Of a stretch of DNA of 64,000 bases, positions 61,543 through 64,000 are shown in pieces. Below the pieces are notes generated by a model. The model had not been told where the DNA came from, searched no databases, and was given only the letters and a program-made list of their open reading frames with translations. The stretch is from Pristiophorus japonicus (Eukaryota). Every line of letters begins with the position of its first letter. Positions within the stretch are counted from its first letter, which is position 1. Location: contig NC_091984.1 in NCBI RefSeq assembly GCF_044704955.1, positions 148,738,001 to 148,802,000 on the forward strand, read 5' to 3'. Both the position numbers and the translations under genes were made by a program.

Positions 61543-64000
61543 TGTTGGTGTATTGCTCTGGTGCATTAAATGTATGATAAGTACAATGGTGCACCACAGA
61601 GGGCGTTGTGGTGGGAGACCTGGAAGTACCTGCACAAGGCAGTATAAAAGGCTGCCCACCACACCTGTGGAGCACTCTGGAGCTGTTCAATAAAGGACTA
61701 AGGTCACAGCAGTTAGATTTACACCAGACCGTGTGGAGTCAGTGATTTGTGTGCTACATACACCACATTGGCGACAAGGAAGCGGACGAATTCCACGCAA
61801 CCATGGCTACTCTGGGCTCGCTAAAGGATTTTACCGTGGGCAATGATTGGGAGGCCTTTACGGAAAGGCTCGAGTACTACTTCACAGCAAACGATCTGGC
61901 GGAGGACACGAATGCACTGAGAGAGAAGCGTAAGACGATATTGTTTTCCAGTTGTGGCGATGAGGTTTTCTGTCTCATCAGGGATTTGCTGGCACCTGGG
62001 AGCGCCAGGGACAAGTCATACGAGGAGCTGACTGAACTTATTCATGACCAGTTGAAACCGAAGGAGAGCATCCTCATGGCCAGATTCAAATTTTACCACC
62101 ACTGCAGACCCGAGGGCCAGGATGTCACCAAATATGCTGCAGACCTCAGGAGACTCGCGGCGCCGTGTGATTTTGGGGCACACCTTGATGAGGCGCTGTG
62201 GGACGTTTTCGTTATGGGGATTGGACATGAGGGCCTCCTTCACAAGCTGCTGGCCACGGAACCCACAGTCACTCTGACAAAGGCCATCACCATCAGCCGG
62301 GCATATATGACCTCGACTTGTAGCACCAAGCAAATAATCCACACAGTCTCGAACCCGGCAGGCACTGTCCACAGGATAGCGCCCACCATGGACAAAACTG
62401 CAGAACGTGGCTCTGCCCAGGGCAGAGAGCACAGACCTCGGGGTCCTGGAACTCAGAGTCCGCTGAGGGGGGCCAATCAAGCAGCACCATGCTGGTGCTG
62501 CAGAGAAAGCCATGGGGCTCACCGGTGCAGGTTTGTGGAGTACACATGCAATACCTGCCACATTAAAGGCCATCTTCAGTGTATGTGTAAAAGAAATCAG
62601 ACTCACCGTGTGGCTGGGGAGACGGGGGATGATCCACTGTTCAGTGAGGAGCAGGCAGAAGAAGATGAGGTGTTGGGACTGTATACGTGCACCGACGATT
62701 CTCCCCCAGTGATAATGGAAGTAAAAATTGATGGAGTCCCAGTGAGTGTGGCAGTGGATACGGGATTGGTTCCGTCGTTGATGAGTCAGAGAACTTTTGA
62801 TAAACTGTGGGGTAACCCGGCTGCACGATCCAAGCTGGTCCCGGTCACGGCAAAGCTGCATACTTACACCAAGGAACTGGTACCTGTTCTCGGCAGAACG
62901 GATGTACAGGTATCTCACAGGGGCGAGTTGCACGGTTTACCTTTATGGGTCATTGCAGGCGATGGGCCGACGTTCCTCGGCAGAAGATGGATGGGTAAGG
63001 TCCGTGGGAGCTGGGAAGACTTCTTCACTCTCCCACAGACTGCTGCTCCCTGGTTTCCAAAGGGCAGTGGCAACCGAGCTGGAGCTGCAGCAGCAGCCCA
63101 GAACTCCTGGCCCCAAGCAATCCTGCAGCCTCAGCTACAGGTGCGGGCCCATTGCTGGGGTGCGGGCTGGCGGGGCGCTGCGGTCCAGCGGTGGCCGGGT
63201 AACCCACGCAGTGGAACAAGCGGGCGGCAGCAGCGGCCGCGATGGTGGCGGCCATGGAGCCAGCAGGAGAGGCGGCCACGGAGCCAGCAGGAGAGGCGGC
63301 CACGGAGGGAGCTGTAACGAAACATCGCGCCGAGTTTGAGAGCGCCAGCATCGAGTAAGTCCAGCATCAGCGCCAGAGGAAGAGGATCGTGGACAAATGC
63401 CTGAAACCTTTCCCCAAAATTCCCTCTCCCCACCTTCTATATTTCCCTTTCCCTCCTTCCGTGTTTCTTCTTTTTTCTCGGCCAGCTGAACACCTAAGAT
63501 GGCGGCGCCCAACGGAAGCCTCGTGGGAGCCACAAGATGGCTTCTTAAAAGGGAAATGCTCCCTGGCGTCTTAAAAGGGCCTCACACCACTGCGGTCCCC
63601 ACATAAAGACTTTTGGACTTTTGTAAGATTAGAGCAAGCCTAAGTGTGCCATGTGAATGTAGGATGATGGATTTATGACAAGAAATAATATTTTAATGCT
63701 GGGTGGTCACTGTGTTTAAAATAATAGACGTGAATTGCGAATTACGACAAGAGTTAATATTTCAATGCTAATGGTCACTGTGTTTAAATTCAGGGACGTG
63801 GATCCGTGACCAACATTACCAATGGGCTAATGCATTTTTCGATTCGGGGATTCTAGCAAAGGCTTTTTGAACTGGGAGCGCAGTGATGTTGTGTGTTGCT
63901 CTGGTACATTAAACATATGATAAGTACAATGGTGCACCACAGAAGGCGCTGTGGTGGGAGACCTGGAAGTACATGCACGAGGTATAAAAGGCTGCCCATC
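61543..64000 (+). mobile_element. Short Gypsy element with gag-protease only; 5' LTR 61543-61767, 3' LTR from 63887 (cut by window edge)
   Basis: TG...CA LTR with TATAAAA and AATAAA, PBS TGGCGACAAG. The LTR sequence recurs at 63887. No RT/IN motifs between the LTRs. Confidence 0.92.
61803..63317 (+). CDS. gag: Gypsy Gag-protease ORF
   Basis: MATLGSLKDF..DWEAFTERLEYYF, two zinc-knuckle-like motifs (CNTCHIKGHLQCMC), VAVDTG and FLGRRWM protease motifs; no internal stop. Confidence 0.85.
   Translation: MATLGSLKDFTVGNDWEAFTERLEYYFTANDLAEDTNALREKRKTILFSSCGDEVFCLIRDLLAPGSARDKSYEELTELIHDQLKPKESILMARFKFYHHCRPEGQDVTKYAADLRRLAAPCDFGAHLDEALWDVFVMGIGHEGLLHKLLATEPTVTLTKAITISRAYMTSTCSTKQIIHTVSNPAGTVHRIAPTMDKTAERGSAQGREHRPRGPGTQSPLRGANQAAPCWCCRESHGAHRCRFVEYTCNTCHIKGHLQCMCKRNQTHRVAGETGDDPLFSEEQAEEDEVLGLYTCTDDSPPVIMEVKIDGVPVSVAVDTGLVPSLMSQRTFDKLWGNPAARSKLVPVTAKLHTYTKELVPVLGRTDVQVSHRGELHGLPLWVIAGDGPTFLGRRWMGKVRGSWEDFFTLPQTAAPWFPKGSGNRAGAAAAAQNSWPQAILQPQLQVRAHCWGAGWRGAAVQRWPGNPRSGTSGRQQRPRWWRPWSQQERRPRSQQERRPRREL

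Noticed and set aside
62016-62933. 305-aa minus-strand ORF and similar antisense ORFs elsewhere
   Set aside because: Shadow frames of retroelement coding sequence with no independent motifs.

Overview
Eukaryotic vertebrate DNA, almost certainly from a cartilaginous fish (shark-like). The evidence is kappa-type (NS4/type III-like) immunoglobulin light-chain segments in cluster organisation, plus CR1/L2 LINEs and Deu-domain SINEs. Host content is one L-V-J-C light-chain cluster on the minus strand (57055 to 47478) and a second, apparently intact L-V on the plus strand (341-866) facing it. The minus-strand cluster looks disabled at three points: V heptamer CATTGTG, J splice donor GT to AT, and a 1-nt frameshift in C. 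Most of the rest is retroelements: (i) a degenerate spuma/lokiretrovirus-like ERV complex with an unusual env-like gene (~1.4-13.2 kb); (ii) a very young, internally deleted epsilon-like ERV with 678-bp near-identical LTRs and a tRNA-Gln PBS (26467-32663); (iii) four Gypsy LTR elements, two nested and one gag-protease-only; (iv) many CR1, L2 and Tx1 fragments, SINEs and minisatellites. The most unusual item is a ~317-bp poly(A)-tailed insert at 59083-59399, a U2-U1-U2 snRNA chimera whose stems are preserved despite sequence change. All family assignments come from motif recognition and memory; no searches were run.
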